Assembly (NCBI GenBank): GCA_001643675.2
Contig: LSRY02000009.1
Location: 1,116,001-1,180,000 of the forward strand
Direction: 5' to 3'
From: Monocercomonoides exilis PA203
Lineage: Eukaryota; Protista; Preaxostyla
DNA length: 64,000 nucleotides
A program made the position numbers and the translations under genes. The notes below the pieces were generated by a model. It was not told the DNA's origin. It made no database searches and worked only from the letters and a program-made list of their open reading frames with translations. The first letter of the stretch is position 1. Each line of letters starts with the position of its first letter. Below are positions 53,160 through 64,000 of this stretch, one piece after another.

Positions 53160-53816
53160 TCACCATATCTGCAGTGAAGGGTCAAACTGATCGTAGATCG
53201 ACAGGAACGCATTCACATCTGCAGATGCAAAGATCTGCTTTCCCTCTGGATTCGTTCCCACAGACGCTGCAAGTGACGGAAGCTGCACCACCAGCTGAAC
53301 CAAAAGCATCGCAGAAAGTTCCACATCGTATGCACACACAACACCTCTATACAGCACAGCTTGCCGAACCTCAACATATCCCCACAGCATTTGCAGCGCA
53401 TACCCAACAGTCGCCTCTGGCACCACAATAAGCAGCCGCCTCTCGATGTAGTTCATCGCTCCTACCGAAGTGTATGACGCCACCGCTTCAGAGGCATCCA
53501 AAGGGTCAATCGCAGGTGATGAAGATAAAGATGAAGATGAAGATGGCTTATCATCTCCTGCCACCTTCATCTCTTCGCTTCTCCGCCTCCGGAATGGCGA
53601 AGTTGATCGGCGTGCTACTCCTGTTGAAGAAGACGAAGGCGCCGAGTGAAAAGAGGACTGCTTTGCTGCCCCTGCCACAAGAAGCTTCTTTAGATACCCA
53701 ACCATGTCTGCCAGCAGTTCAACCGGAGGAATAAGCACAACTTCCACATTCGGATCATAAAGGCAAATCAACTGTGAATTTTCGCAGTATTCGAGCGATG
53801 GAAATTGATGGAGCAT
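53160..53816 (-). pseudogene. IQCH (IQ motif-containing protein H)-like fragment
   Basis: Recalled similarity to the IQCH conserved region: ENSQL-ICLYDPNVEVVLI, GYLKKLL, RLLIVVPEA, DVELSAML, GKQIFASADV..SIYD; far shorter than IQCH; a second remnant lies at ~13870-13945 (+). Confidence 0.5.
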
Positions 53817-54168
53817 GGTTTCTTAAACCGATGAGCTAAAATGAGAAGAAAAGGATGAATGAAAAAGTAAATGAAAAGAAGAAAGCTTAGAAAGATATAT
53901 TTCAATGTTTGATTCATGCATGAGAAACTATTTTCTATTAAAATTTTACATAAAGTCAATTTAATGTGAAATTTTATGTTATTCCTCTTATATATTATTA
54001 CATTGATGATTGCACCTTACAAACAACATTTTTTATATGTTTCAATTGCAATGAGAACTGTTTCGATGAATATTTCCCGTTTTGAAACTTGTTGAAAAAA
54101 AATCTCCACTTCAAGCAATATTTAATTTATTTGTGTTCCTATTAATGAAATTGTTTTTAGCAAGAAAA

Positions 54169-54438
54169 TGGGACAAAATATTTCACTTCAGACATTTTCA
54201 TTGAAAAATTATGCATCAAAGATGTCATTTTTGTGGTCAAAATTTTTGAAAAAAATGGGTTTATTTTTTGATATTCGTGAAATGTTGGAGAACTTCATGT
54301 TTCAATATCAATGATGTTTGTTTACAGTTTCGATAATCAAACTTATTTTGAAATCTGAGTAAAGGTATTAAAGTTGTGAGTAAAACAATTTTTTCATGCT
54401 TTGTGCATAAAAAGCTTGAAAGTCCGTATTTTCCCCCA
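54169..54438. mobile_element. 270-bp MITE
   Basis: Collinear similarity to 24407-24675. Confidence 0.8.
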
Positions 54439-56270
54439 AATAAGCAAAAATTCAGATAGAATTATCGAACATTTGAAATGAAAACCAAGAAAACAATCAC
54501 ATTTTTCAGCTTGTCTCAAATATAAAGAAAAAGATTATTAATCAACACAATTAGTATTTAACGGAAAAGATATATTAGAAATCTGCCTTATTCCAACTTA
54601 GACTTTGCAGATAAGAGTCAAAAGAATCAATGTCAGATAATATTCATTTTGTTATGGGAACGGAATGATCAACATTTTTTGATCATTCATGATCTTTTGT
54701 GGGACAAAATTAAAGTCGAGGAACTTTTCAAAAAAATTTTGCCAAATAAAGGGCAGAACAATTGCAAAAAGGTATAAACGGACTGAGGATGTCATTTTTC
54801 ATCAATTAATTTCATTCAGACTTCCACAAATATTACGATGACGATTATGTTGCATATGTGAAATCAACTTATCGAAGGAAATATTTGATCCAATCAACGA
54901 CTTCGTACAAAGAGTTCTCGTCATTTATTTCAGAAATGTTAGTCAACTGTTTTCGCATTTCTCAACCACATTTTCTTCTTCTTCTTCCTCCTCCTCCTCC
55001 TCCTCCTTTGCTCGCCTCATAACTCACACAGCAGCCAATGAACTGAGTGTGAAGGCAAATTTGTTTCAAGAGGAGATTAACAAGCAATTGGAGTTATTGA
55101 GGAACACAACGAGAAGAATGACACAGAAAGTGCTGGAGAGGAATCAAGCAACTTCAGAGACGTTTTTAAAAGGAGAATATTTTTATGAAGCGGAGTAGAA
55201 ATGGAAGGAAGATGAGAGAGGATGGAGAAGGAAGAGGGAAGGACAAATGATGAGAAGAATAAAAAGAGAAAAGACGAGTTCGAATCAGTTTTATTCATTG
55301 ATTATTGATTTCCTCCTATTTCATTCCACGTTTGATGAAGAATCCAAATCGAAAAGAAAGGACTGATGTTTTGTGATGATATTTCAGTTGAAGAAAAAGA
55401 TAAAGTGAAGAAAACCAATTTCTTTCATAATTTAAAAAGTCATTTAATCGATTTGTTGAAACATTCTTTTTGCAAACTGTTTCAATAAAGTCTTTCAAAG
55501 TGTTCTTTATTAATTAGAATAGTTTAGCAAGTTGAAAAACTTGATATTTTTATTTAACAGTTTTATTTTTTATTTTTCACATGGTTTTTTCTTGATCAAT
55601 AAATACATTTTTCGCTGAAAACATAAAAAGGTTTGGTTTTGTTTTCATAAGAGTAAAGCAAACAATGTTGTGATTATATAAGTCCTTTTCTTCTCAAAAA
55701 CCGATATTTTTTGAGATGATCTTAAGTTCCACAATTAAATTTATTTTTTAAATTTTTGACTTTTTATATGACATCAAAAAAAATCAATCATATTAAGTGG
55801 AATTTTCAAATTCAAAATCGCGCAAATAGGACTGTTTGAACTTAAGTTTCTTCAGAAGGTTGTCAGATAAAAACTGATTGTGTGAATCACTTTCAATTTT
55901 TCCTTTCTCTGAGAATAAAAATTTTGAAATGAACTTTCACCTATGTTTCAATGTTTCTTTCATTTCTGGAGTATTCAACCAATTTTGAGAATGTGACTTG
56001 AATGCCCATTTTCAGAATTCGTTCTTATAACGGAAGAATCATCCTTTATTCAGATTCGTTTATATTCTGCCAAAACATGCATCTTCGCTTCATTTGCAAA
56101 GTTTGTCATCTGTATGAGTGGCTTGTGAAATATTCGCAGTCGAGCGAATCAACGAACGCAAGGAGCAGGTTTGCTCCTCAATAATGAGTATTAATTTAAA
56201 GAATGGGTGGTTTAAGATCAAACTTCGCCAACAATTTAATTTTGTTCACATTCCATTGTCCACAGGCAGA

Positions 56271-57506
56271 ATGACTCAAGATACTGTTAGAGTGCCAAAT
56301 AGCGAAGGCGAGGACAGAGGATTTGATCTTGCACATAGGCTTTCAAGGGTAGAAGACATGATTGAAGAAATCACAAGAAGCCAAACACTGTCAATGCAGT
56401 CTGGAGCTACGGGGATGCTGCCAATGAGAAAAGTGAAGAGGGAACGAGCAAGGAGAAGAAGCAGATAGAGATCGAGCGAGTCGGAGTCGGGGGTAGATTT
56501 GGATGACATGATCGCAAAGCGGAAACAGGGAAAGCGTGAAAGATTAAGTCGCACATATAGCTGGATGAAGAGACGAGAAGATGAAGAAGATAGCGACTGT
56601 GATAAGGAGGAGCAAGATGTACTGGACGAGAAGGAAGGAACAGAAGACTTTGCAGGAATATTTCCCAGGGAGTGGTTGACTCCCCGGAGACAAGCGAGCG
56701 AACTGAGAATGTTCATGGATTTCTGTAAAGCTGGATCAATCAGGATGAGAGATGACGTACTGAACACATTTATTCCGGAGATCGAGAAGGAATTTTTCAC
56801 GGGACACACGGATACAAGCTGGAATGCGCTGGCCAGAACAGCCATCACAACAAAGGGGAGAAGAGATTCACCGGAAGCAAGTTGAGCAATTGAAATCCTC
56901 CAGCCGGTTCTCGAATCGGGCTTTGAGGCAGCTAAAGCAATTGCATCACTAACAGTGAAGGAACTGGAGAAGGTGCACCTTATGGAAGAGGAGAAGGAAC
57001 GATTGAGAGGATTATTTTGTGCATATGCGCTTATCGCCGACTGTATTAGCAGAATTAACCTACTGAAGGTTATCCCCCAATCGGGTTGGGAAAGCGCGAA
57101 GGGCTTTTAAGAAGGAGGAATGTCCAAAGAGGTGCCGGATAACCTGAGGAAGCTGGAAGAGAGCACCAGATTTTTTCAAGCGGAGGGAGATGCAACAGGA
57201 TACGGTGCATCTCCCGATTCCACAACGGGTTTCGGGCCCGCAACGGCCAGAAGTGGGCTCTCTGGAAGTTTCAGTTCGGGCAGGAATGCACAGAGATTCG
57301 AGTGCAGAAATCTCCAGAAACGTGTATATGGAAGGAGCTTCACGAATTTCAGGGTAATGAGGAGAACACCCCAGTTTCAGGCACAGTTTGTCCCAATCAT
57401 CACTGGAAAGCCAGCCCCTATCACTGGATTATTGTTACCAACTCCCCCAAGGATTAAAGGAGGGACAGCTACGGAAACAATAAGTGGGGCCAACAAGTGG
57501 TCGTAA
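56271..57506 (+). pseudogene. DIRS ORF1 (gag-like), interrupted
   Basis: Three same-frame ORF pieces (56118-56468, 56499-56885, 57120-57506) collinear with the ORF1 of copy 1; in-frame stops. Confidence 0.8.
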
Positions 57507-57550
57507 GAGTAGAGTGAGAAGAGAGAGCAGCGCTTTGCCGCGAGACAGAG

Positions 57551-59923
57551 ATGAACAGAAAGCTGTCGAATTCAGAAGGAGTGACAATACTACAGGAAGT
57601 CCCATTCAAACGAGAGATAGTTACAGGAATGGAGCCCGTGGAAGTTTGCGAGAATATCGAAGAGGCACAGAGTCCGTTCGATCGAGAGAAAAGGATAAAT
57701 CAAGAAATCTCGAGAGACCACGAGATGGGAACATGGAGAGAGAACACAGAAAAAGGCTCAGCACATCTTCGTTAGACAAGACAGAAGAACGATCGGAAAT
57801 CCGGGAAGGAAAAAGAGAAGGGAGTCTAGAGAGCTTCTGGGACTGCTATCGAGTCCCTAATTGGGAGCACACTGGAGGTGCGCTCGAAGATAGCTATCGA
57901 AGACACTCTCGAAGGAGAAGATTACACACAGATGCAGGTTGGCCACATGACGCCAGAAGTGAAAAGGAGTCAAGCGATTGGATCACCGAAGGAACAACTG
58001 CCTGGGAGGCTAGCGAACAGACTGAGCGAGTGGAGGAAGATTGGGGGAGACAAACTTGTAAGCCGTGGTATAAAAGCTCGATGGAAAAGTCCCCAGTCCC
58101 CAATCTCTCTCGAGGAGAGAAAACACAGACAAGAGTTTCGGGGAACAACGGAGATGACAAACAATTATTCATCCCTCTTGGAGGAGGAGTTGAAGGAAGG
58201 AGTGGTGAAGCCCATAAAGGAGTCGGAGGTGAAGTGGTTCAACCAGACATTCATGGTGCGAAAGAAAAACGGAAAGTGGAGGAAGATCCTGGATTGCAGA
58301 GCTCTAAACGAGAAAGTGCAGGGAAAGCACTTCAAAATGGATTCCCAGGAAACAGTGGTGGAACTCCTGGAGAAGAGCGATTGGATGACCACTCTGGACA
58401 TATCGAGTGCATACCAGTATGTAAAGGTGGACGAGCAATTCAGTCCCTATATGCGTTTCAGCTTTCAGAATCAATGCTACGCTAACGTAGGGATGCCTTT
58501 TTGAGCGAAAGATGCTCCCAGAGCATTCACAAAGATAACAAAAAGGGCAGCCTCGTTCATCAGAGAAAAGTGGAAAGTCAAGCTAGTAATTTATCTGGAC
58601 GACATTTTCCTCATGCACTCAGACAGGGATGCATTGAGATTGATCTCACAGGAGATAGCCCAGTTCCTGAGAAATTTGGGCTGGATACTGTCGGAGGAGA
58701 AGCTGAAGCTAGAACCCGCAAGGAGCGTGGAGTTTTTGGGATGGAGTTGGAATTCAGAGAAGATGGAAGTGACGCTCCAAGAGAGGAAGAGAGTGCTGCT
58801 GCTAGAGGATATGCGAAAATGGATAGCACATGCAAAGAAAAGGAGTATACAAAAGACGAGAGACTTTGCAGCACTCCTCGGGAGGCTGAATTTTGTGAGG
58901 TTACAACACCCACCAGCGAGCTTGTGGATGAAGCGTATGAAATACTTGCTAAGGCAGGCAATAGCCCACGGGGGCTGGAAGGGAACGGTGATAGTCAACC
59001 CAATGATTCTGGGAGAATTAACACATTGGAGGAAAACCCTGCAGGAGAACAGACCAAGATGTCTGAGGAAGAGAACAAGGCCAGCAGTACTTACAACAGA
59101 TGCTTCAGAGCTGGGATGGGGTACAGTGTTAACAATACCGACAGAAAACAGAAAGGAGAAGATATATGTCCACGGAAGATGGACCCTCCAGGAGAGTGCG
59201 TTAGCGATAAACGAAAAGGAGTCCAGAGCAGTGTTGAGGAGATTACAGAGAAAGGGAGCATGAATGAAAGAACAGAGGATGTACCATATTTGTCTGAAGA
59301 CAGACAATATGTCCACAAGATGGACAATACAGAAGAAGAGGGGAGCGCCATCGCTCATTCCAACACTGAGAGCATTGGAGAAGAAACTGAACAGCCTGGA
59401 CATAATAATACAGACGGAACATCTCCCGGGAGAACAGAATATGGAAGCAGATGCACTCAGCCGGATGGCGAGAAAGCCGGACTACACACTGAAGGGGGAG
59501 AAAGTTGAAGAGATATTGCAAATAGTCGCACCGAGAACACTAGATATTATTTCAGTACAGATTGCTCCGGTGCTCTGCAGAAGTACTTGGAGACTATCCT
59601 CCGTGAGAAGGAAGAAAGAGAGAGGAACACCAGAAGACGACATAGTGCTAGTCCACCCGTTCCTGAGAAACATTGGACGAGTGATGAAAGAGAAGATGAA
59701 CGAAGCTCAGAGGGATCTGACGATTCTGATTCTACCAGCCTGGCGGGGGCAGACCTGGTCCCCGCTGCTGCAGCCTGAGCATTTGACAAAGACCCTGGGG
59801 ACCTTTCAGGAGTGCATGACACCGGGAACGAAGATGAGAAGGGAAGGCTGGAAATTACCCCCAGGAGAGGTAATAAGCGTTATACTGGAGAAGAGAATAT
59901 TCAGGGGAGAAACCTCTTCTTAA
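57551..59923 (+). pseudogene. DIRS pol: RT-RNase H-MTase-like
   Basis: Single frame broken by stops (58502-58504 in GMPF*, 59261-59263 where copy 1 has W); YLDD, TTDASELGWG, EHLPGEQNMEADALSR, VLVHPF, PAWRGQTWSPLL. Confidence 0.92.
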
Positions 59924-61283
59924 CATGGGGAGAACACGTGGGAGCAAAAGACATAGCAGCAGCAATACTGAAAAACCAGAAGAATGAAAGGGATACGTGG
60001 AGAGCGCTACGAAGATTTAAGCAGTTTCTTGATAGAGAGAGCATGGATGATACCGACCCCCTCACAATTAGAGATTCCAAATGGATTTTGGCAGAGTTAA
60101 CTGGAACGCTTTCAAACACTAACCTGTCTTGTGTAGTCATTTATCAGACAGTACGGAAAGAACTGATTTCTGTTTATCTCTTCAGAGAGACGAAGATTGA
60201 TGGGAAGAATATAGATATATTTAAAAAACTTATATGGGAGAGAAGCCGAGAAAGGGCAAGCGATGCAAATCAATGTGGGACATTCCAATAATCACAAATT
60301 GGGTAAAAGCTATTTTCAATATGACAGACCCATAAACACTTCAGAAGAAAGCCCTCATCCTCATTATGATCTTTGGAGCGTTAAGGCCAGCAGAGCTGGA
60401 GAGAATGAGAAGTGATACAACGATATTCAAGGATAATACAATACTTACGCAAGGACAGATCAAAACGTCTGGAGGTGAGATTATCAAAGTTATTTCAAAT
60501 AACCACCAAAACCCACGTATCGATGCAGTTGAAGCGCTCCAACGCTGGATGGATTTTTCAAAGACATCTTTTTGAGACAAGCATATCTGATTTGACATAG
60601 AAGGGAGTAGACCTGATAACCTGCAGAGGATCAAAGAAGAATTAGTGGCGGTCCTGAGAGAAAACTGAATACCAGACACATTTACCGCAAACTCGATAAG
60701 ACACGCTGTGATAACACATTTTGCAAGACAACAAGATGCAGATTGGAAAGCAATCAATATGTACGCGAGATGGGCGCCAGGTTCTAGAGTAACCCAGGAA
60801 TACTATACCGCGTTACCGGTGCCAGACACAAATTGGATCCTGGAGACAATCGGTGGATCAGTACCCCAGAGGGGAGAAGATTACAAGCCAGATAAGAGTG
60901 GAGATTCGAAGGAGGGTAAGCCCGAGATAGCAGAGGCAAATACGAAAGATCGCACTGAGAAATTACCAAAATCTGGTATTGAAGAAGGGAAGAAACCTAC
61001 GAGAAAGCGATTAAAAAGAAGAGAGAGTCTTCTGAAGGATGGAGGAAAGAAAAGTGAGACGGTTCAACCTCGATGTTCTACACCCCGACAACCGAGTCGT
61101 CAGAAGACACCCCCCATAATCCCCAGCAGCATCTGTGAGCTGACTGGAGAGAAGGATACAACTCCACTGAAGAAGAGAGGCAAAGATCGGAAGAAGCATA
61201 GTGGAAGAATCATCGTACAGATAGGGAATGACATTGAAGAGGTAAGGGCCAAACCGATGTCGCCTCAAAGATATCCCAAGTAA
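59812..61283 (+). pseudogene. DIRS tyrosine recombinase (C-terminal part of the long ORF overlapping pol)
   Basis: WDI, GALRPAEL, IKT, NSIRHA, ARWAPGS, QEYY; frameshift near 60235; stops at 60333, 60573, 60588 and ~60666. Confidence 0.87.
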
Positions 61284-61403
61284 GGGAGGGAGAAGAGACA
61301 AGGGCCGCACCTTCATCCGCAGTCCCTCCAAACATCCGCCTCACTAGACAGTGCTAGGAAGGGGGTTTTAGATCACATGCACTGAGATAGGAGGGATTTC
61401 GAG

Positions 61404-61501
61404 ACTCATTATCGAGGAGCAAACAAGCTTCTTGCGTTTGTTGATTCGCTCCATTGCGAATCAATAAAAACGCAGTGAGACAATATTTGCTCCGGAATAA
61501 T
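61404..61501. repeat. ICR of DIRS copy 2
   Basis: First half is the reverse complement of the left end (56143-56189); second half is the reverse complement of the right end (62116-62150). Confidence 0.88.
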
Positions 61502-62382
61502 ACGAACGCGGATGGATAGATGATACGCGGATGGGTGCGAGGAAGAGCGACATGCTAGTGAGAGGATGGCGAGAAAAAAGGGGAGAGACAGAGAAAGAGA
61601 GAAAAGAAGATCAGACGCCAGAAGTGGTTTCTGCACGTCGAAAATCTGGAAAGACACAAATAGAATGAACAAACAGCTTTAATCAAAAGCTCTCTCCTCA
61701 ACACGATAACGATTGTTTTTTACACAGAAGAATCAGATTGGTCTACATAGTGCGCGATGATAGGGTTTGCTCTGACGATGCAACAGAGGAGCGGGAGGCA
61801 GAGCATAGTACACGCAGTTATCTTTTCCACGCCTCGCGAAAGCGAGAGTGGTTTTTCTTTCTGCTCCAAGATTACTCGCCTCACCGGACCCCTGCACTGA
61901 CTGCAGAAGACAGCTCCGAGGGGCAATGTCCTTTGCCCTCTGGTCTTCGTGACCAAGGCAAAAGGCGAAGTCGGTGGTGAAGTGAAGCGGATAATGCATT
62001 ATTTCATTAAACAATTATCAATGTTATTGTTTTGAATTTGATCTCACCCTTTTTTCCACGTCATTTGGGAGGGCGAAGTTTTCACTCAAACCACCCACAC
62101 TTTAAATTAATACTCATTATCTCGGAGCAAACCTGTCTCACTGCGTTTTAATTAAAATAAATAATTTGGAAATTTCTCTATCGAAAAAAACAAAATACAA
62201 TCTTGAACAAGAATGCAACCGTTTTTCAATCAAAAACATTTCAATCCTTTGATTTTAAAAAAACGTCAAGTTGATATAAGTTTTTCTCGGTCATTTCAAA
62301 ATGACTGGGTTAATTTATACTTCGTTGTTGAAACTTGAAATAACACAAACAATATGAAAAGATCAATTTATTTCACATTATA

Positions 62383-63842
62383 CACCAAAAATTATTCAAG
62401 ATCGAAAAAGTTTAAAACAACATTGAAAAACTTTAATTCAACATCGAAAATTATTATTTAAAATCGAAAAAGTTTAATTCAAAATCGAAAAAAGTGAATT
62501 AGTGCAGAATTTCAGTTAAAGTCAAAACCCAGGAAATTTTATTGAAACAAATGTTGATAATTACTATTGTTTATTTATTGGAAATGTTATTCTTTTTTTT
62601 TAACAAATGTTTTCTTCGATATAGGTTGATATCAATCGATTCTTTTCTCATTTTAAAGATTGAAAATGTTTTAATTTTTCAGTTTCCAATGCAATAAATG
62701 AAATACAGTCTAAACCGGATATTATCACATCTGTTTTTGCACGACTTTTTGTGACTATATCCGATTGTGATTATAAGCGATGTGACTTAACACAGAAAAA
62801 AATGATATTTGATTTTTGAAATAATTAATTTTGGGTCTATTTTTTTATATTTGAAAAAATTTGACAAATACACATTTTTCAATAGAAATAAGAATTTTTA
62901 TTGTTTTGTTATGTTATTCAGACTTATTTAAACATTATTTTGAAAAATGGATTTTTTGAATTTTTTGATCAAAAAACCGATTTTTCAATGAAAAAATCAC
63001 CCATCATAATTAAAAATGTGACTATCTCTTTTCAGCACTGTGATTATATGCGATGAAAAATGAATGAAAAATAGGCCAAAAATGTCGGTGCATGGAAAAA
63101 TGTGACTATAAACGAATGTGATTGTATTTGATGTGATTATATCCGGTTTAGACTGTATTTCAATATCTTAAAAGAATAATTCATAATCGAAAATTAATAA
63201 TTCAATTTCGAAAATGAATATTTTTTAGATTTGTGGAATGAATAACTTGAGTTTTGTGTTTTTAATTCTATTAATTTGATTTCATCAGTTCACTTTGTTC
63301 TTGAGTATTTAAAAGATGATGCATGTCCTTTATAAAAATTTCATACGTTTTGATTGAAAGTATTTTATTTTGAAGTTAATTTGAAAAGAAAATGAATTCA
63401 TTTTTATAATAAACATTGATGATTTTAATATTTTTACCAAAGAAGAAAATTTTTTTCTATTGGGAAAAAAAATTCTAGTGTTTTTTTACAATAAACGGGA
63501 TTTATATTTAAATATTTTTATTTTGATATTCGAAAGAATGAATTTTTTTGAAATTTCTATCATTTCAGTGATGATTTTCGAAAATGGAAAAAAAAATTCA
63601 AAAATTGATTTGATTCATATATCTATTAAAAAAAACAGTTATTTAAGGATTAATATTTGATTGATTAAAAAACAACTTGAAAATTTCTAAAATCCATTCT
63701 CGAGATAAATTAAAATTTTCGGTTTTTAATGAATTTCGAAACTGAAGTATTCATTTTCGAAAACGAATTAATAAATTACGAAATCGAATTATTAATTTTC
63801 GATTTTGAATTATTTTTTTTCGAATTTGAATTATTTTTGGTG
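62383..63842. mobile_element. Non-autonomous TIR element with subterminal repeats, hosting the 450-bp MITE
   Basis: Ends caccaaaaattattcaa / ttgaattatttttggtg with TA flanks; arrays of ttcaa.atcgaaaa near both ends in opposite orientation. Confidence 0.6.
62706..63155. mobile_element. 450-bp Tc1/pogo-type MITE
   Basis: TIRs cagtctaaaccggata / tatccggtttagactg, TA flanks, internal tgtga(c/t)tata repeats. Confidence 0.8.
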
Positions 63843-64000
63843 TATCAAGAGATTTGATAATTTATATAAATTGAAAAAATGTTAATGCTTGAAATAAATT
63901 ATTGAATATTATCTTGATTTATAAAATTATAAATGACATATTGTTTGAAGGAAAAAAAAAAATACTAATTTTTATCAAATAAACTAATTAAAATAACTCA

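Larger units (their letters stand above)
56132..62150 (+). mobile_element. DIRS-like tyrosine recombinase retrotransposon, copy 2 (defective, canonical ITR/ICR layout)
   Basis: Left end/ITR 56132-56229 and right ITR 62072-62150 share inverted core caggtttgctcc..ataatgagtattaatttaaag..tgggtggttt..aaacttcgcc; ICR 61404-61501 is complementary to both outer ends; gag, pol and YR lie between. Confidence 0.95.

Noticed and set aside
58502-58504. TGA reassignment or readthrough, suggested by in-frame TGA shared by both DIRS copies
   Set aside because: TGA replaces both Gly and Trp positions. Other TGAs are copy-specific (59261 vs TGG, ~60666 vs GGA), and a TAA and a frameshift are shared too, so inherited lesions explain it better.
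62390-62500. Spaced short repeats resembling a CRISPR array or iterons (also 62750-63140)
   Set aside because: Degenerate and irregular, inside TIR elements, eukaryotic context, no cas genes

Overview
AT-rich eukaryotic DNA with spliceosomal GT-AG introns, microsatellites and no operons or RNA genes. The decayed multicopy protein families resemble those of the oxymonad Monocercomonoides; this is recognition by inference, not a search result. The window is mostly a transposon graveyard. It holds two ~6 kb DIRS-type tyrosine-recombinase retrotransposons in opposite orientation (~5955-12031 minus, ~56132-62150 plus), each with gag, RT-RNaseH-MTase, overlapping YR, ITRs and an internal complementary region (ICR). 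It also holds a cluster of pogo-like (DD35D) DNA transposons, including a 4.2 kb palindrome carrying two head-to-head transposases, two ~985 bp fold-back elements with 350-380 bp arms, and several MITE families. Apparently intact host genes are limited to two intronless glycosyltransferases (GT32/Caps_synth-like and GT25). An IQCH-like fragment and several pseudogene fragments are also present. The most interesting signals are four: (1) a hairpin-conserved non-coding module and a palindromic ICR in the DIRS 3' region; (2) a swapped terminal extension in one DIRS copy; (3) mosaic identity with shared stop codons between the two DIRS copies; (4) a graded series of fold-back transposons.
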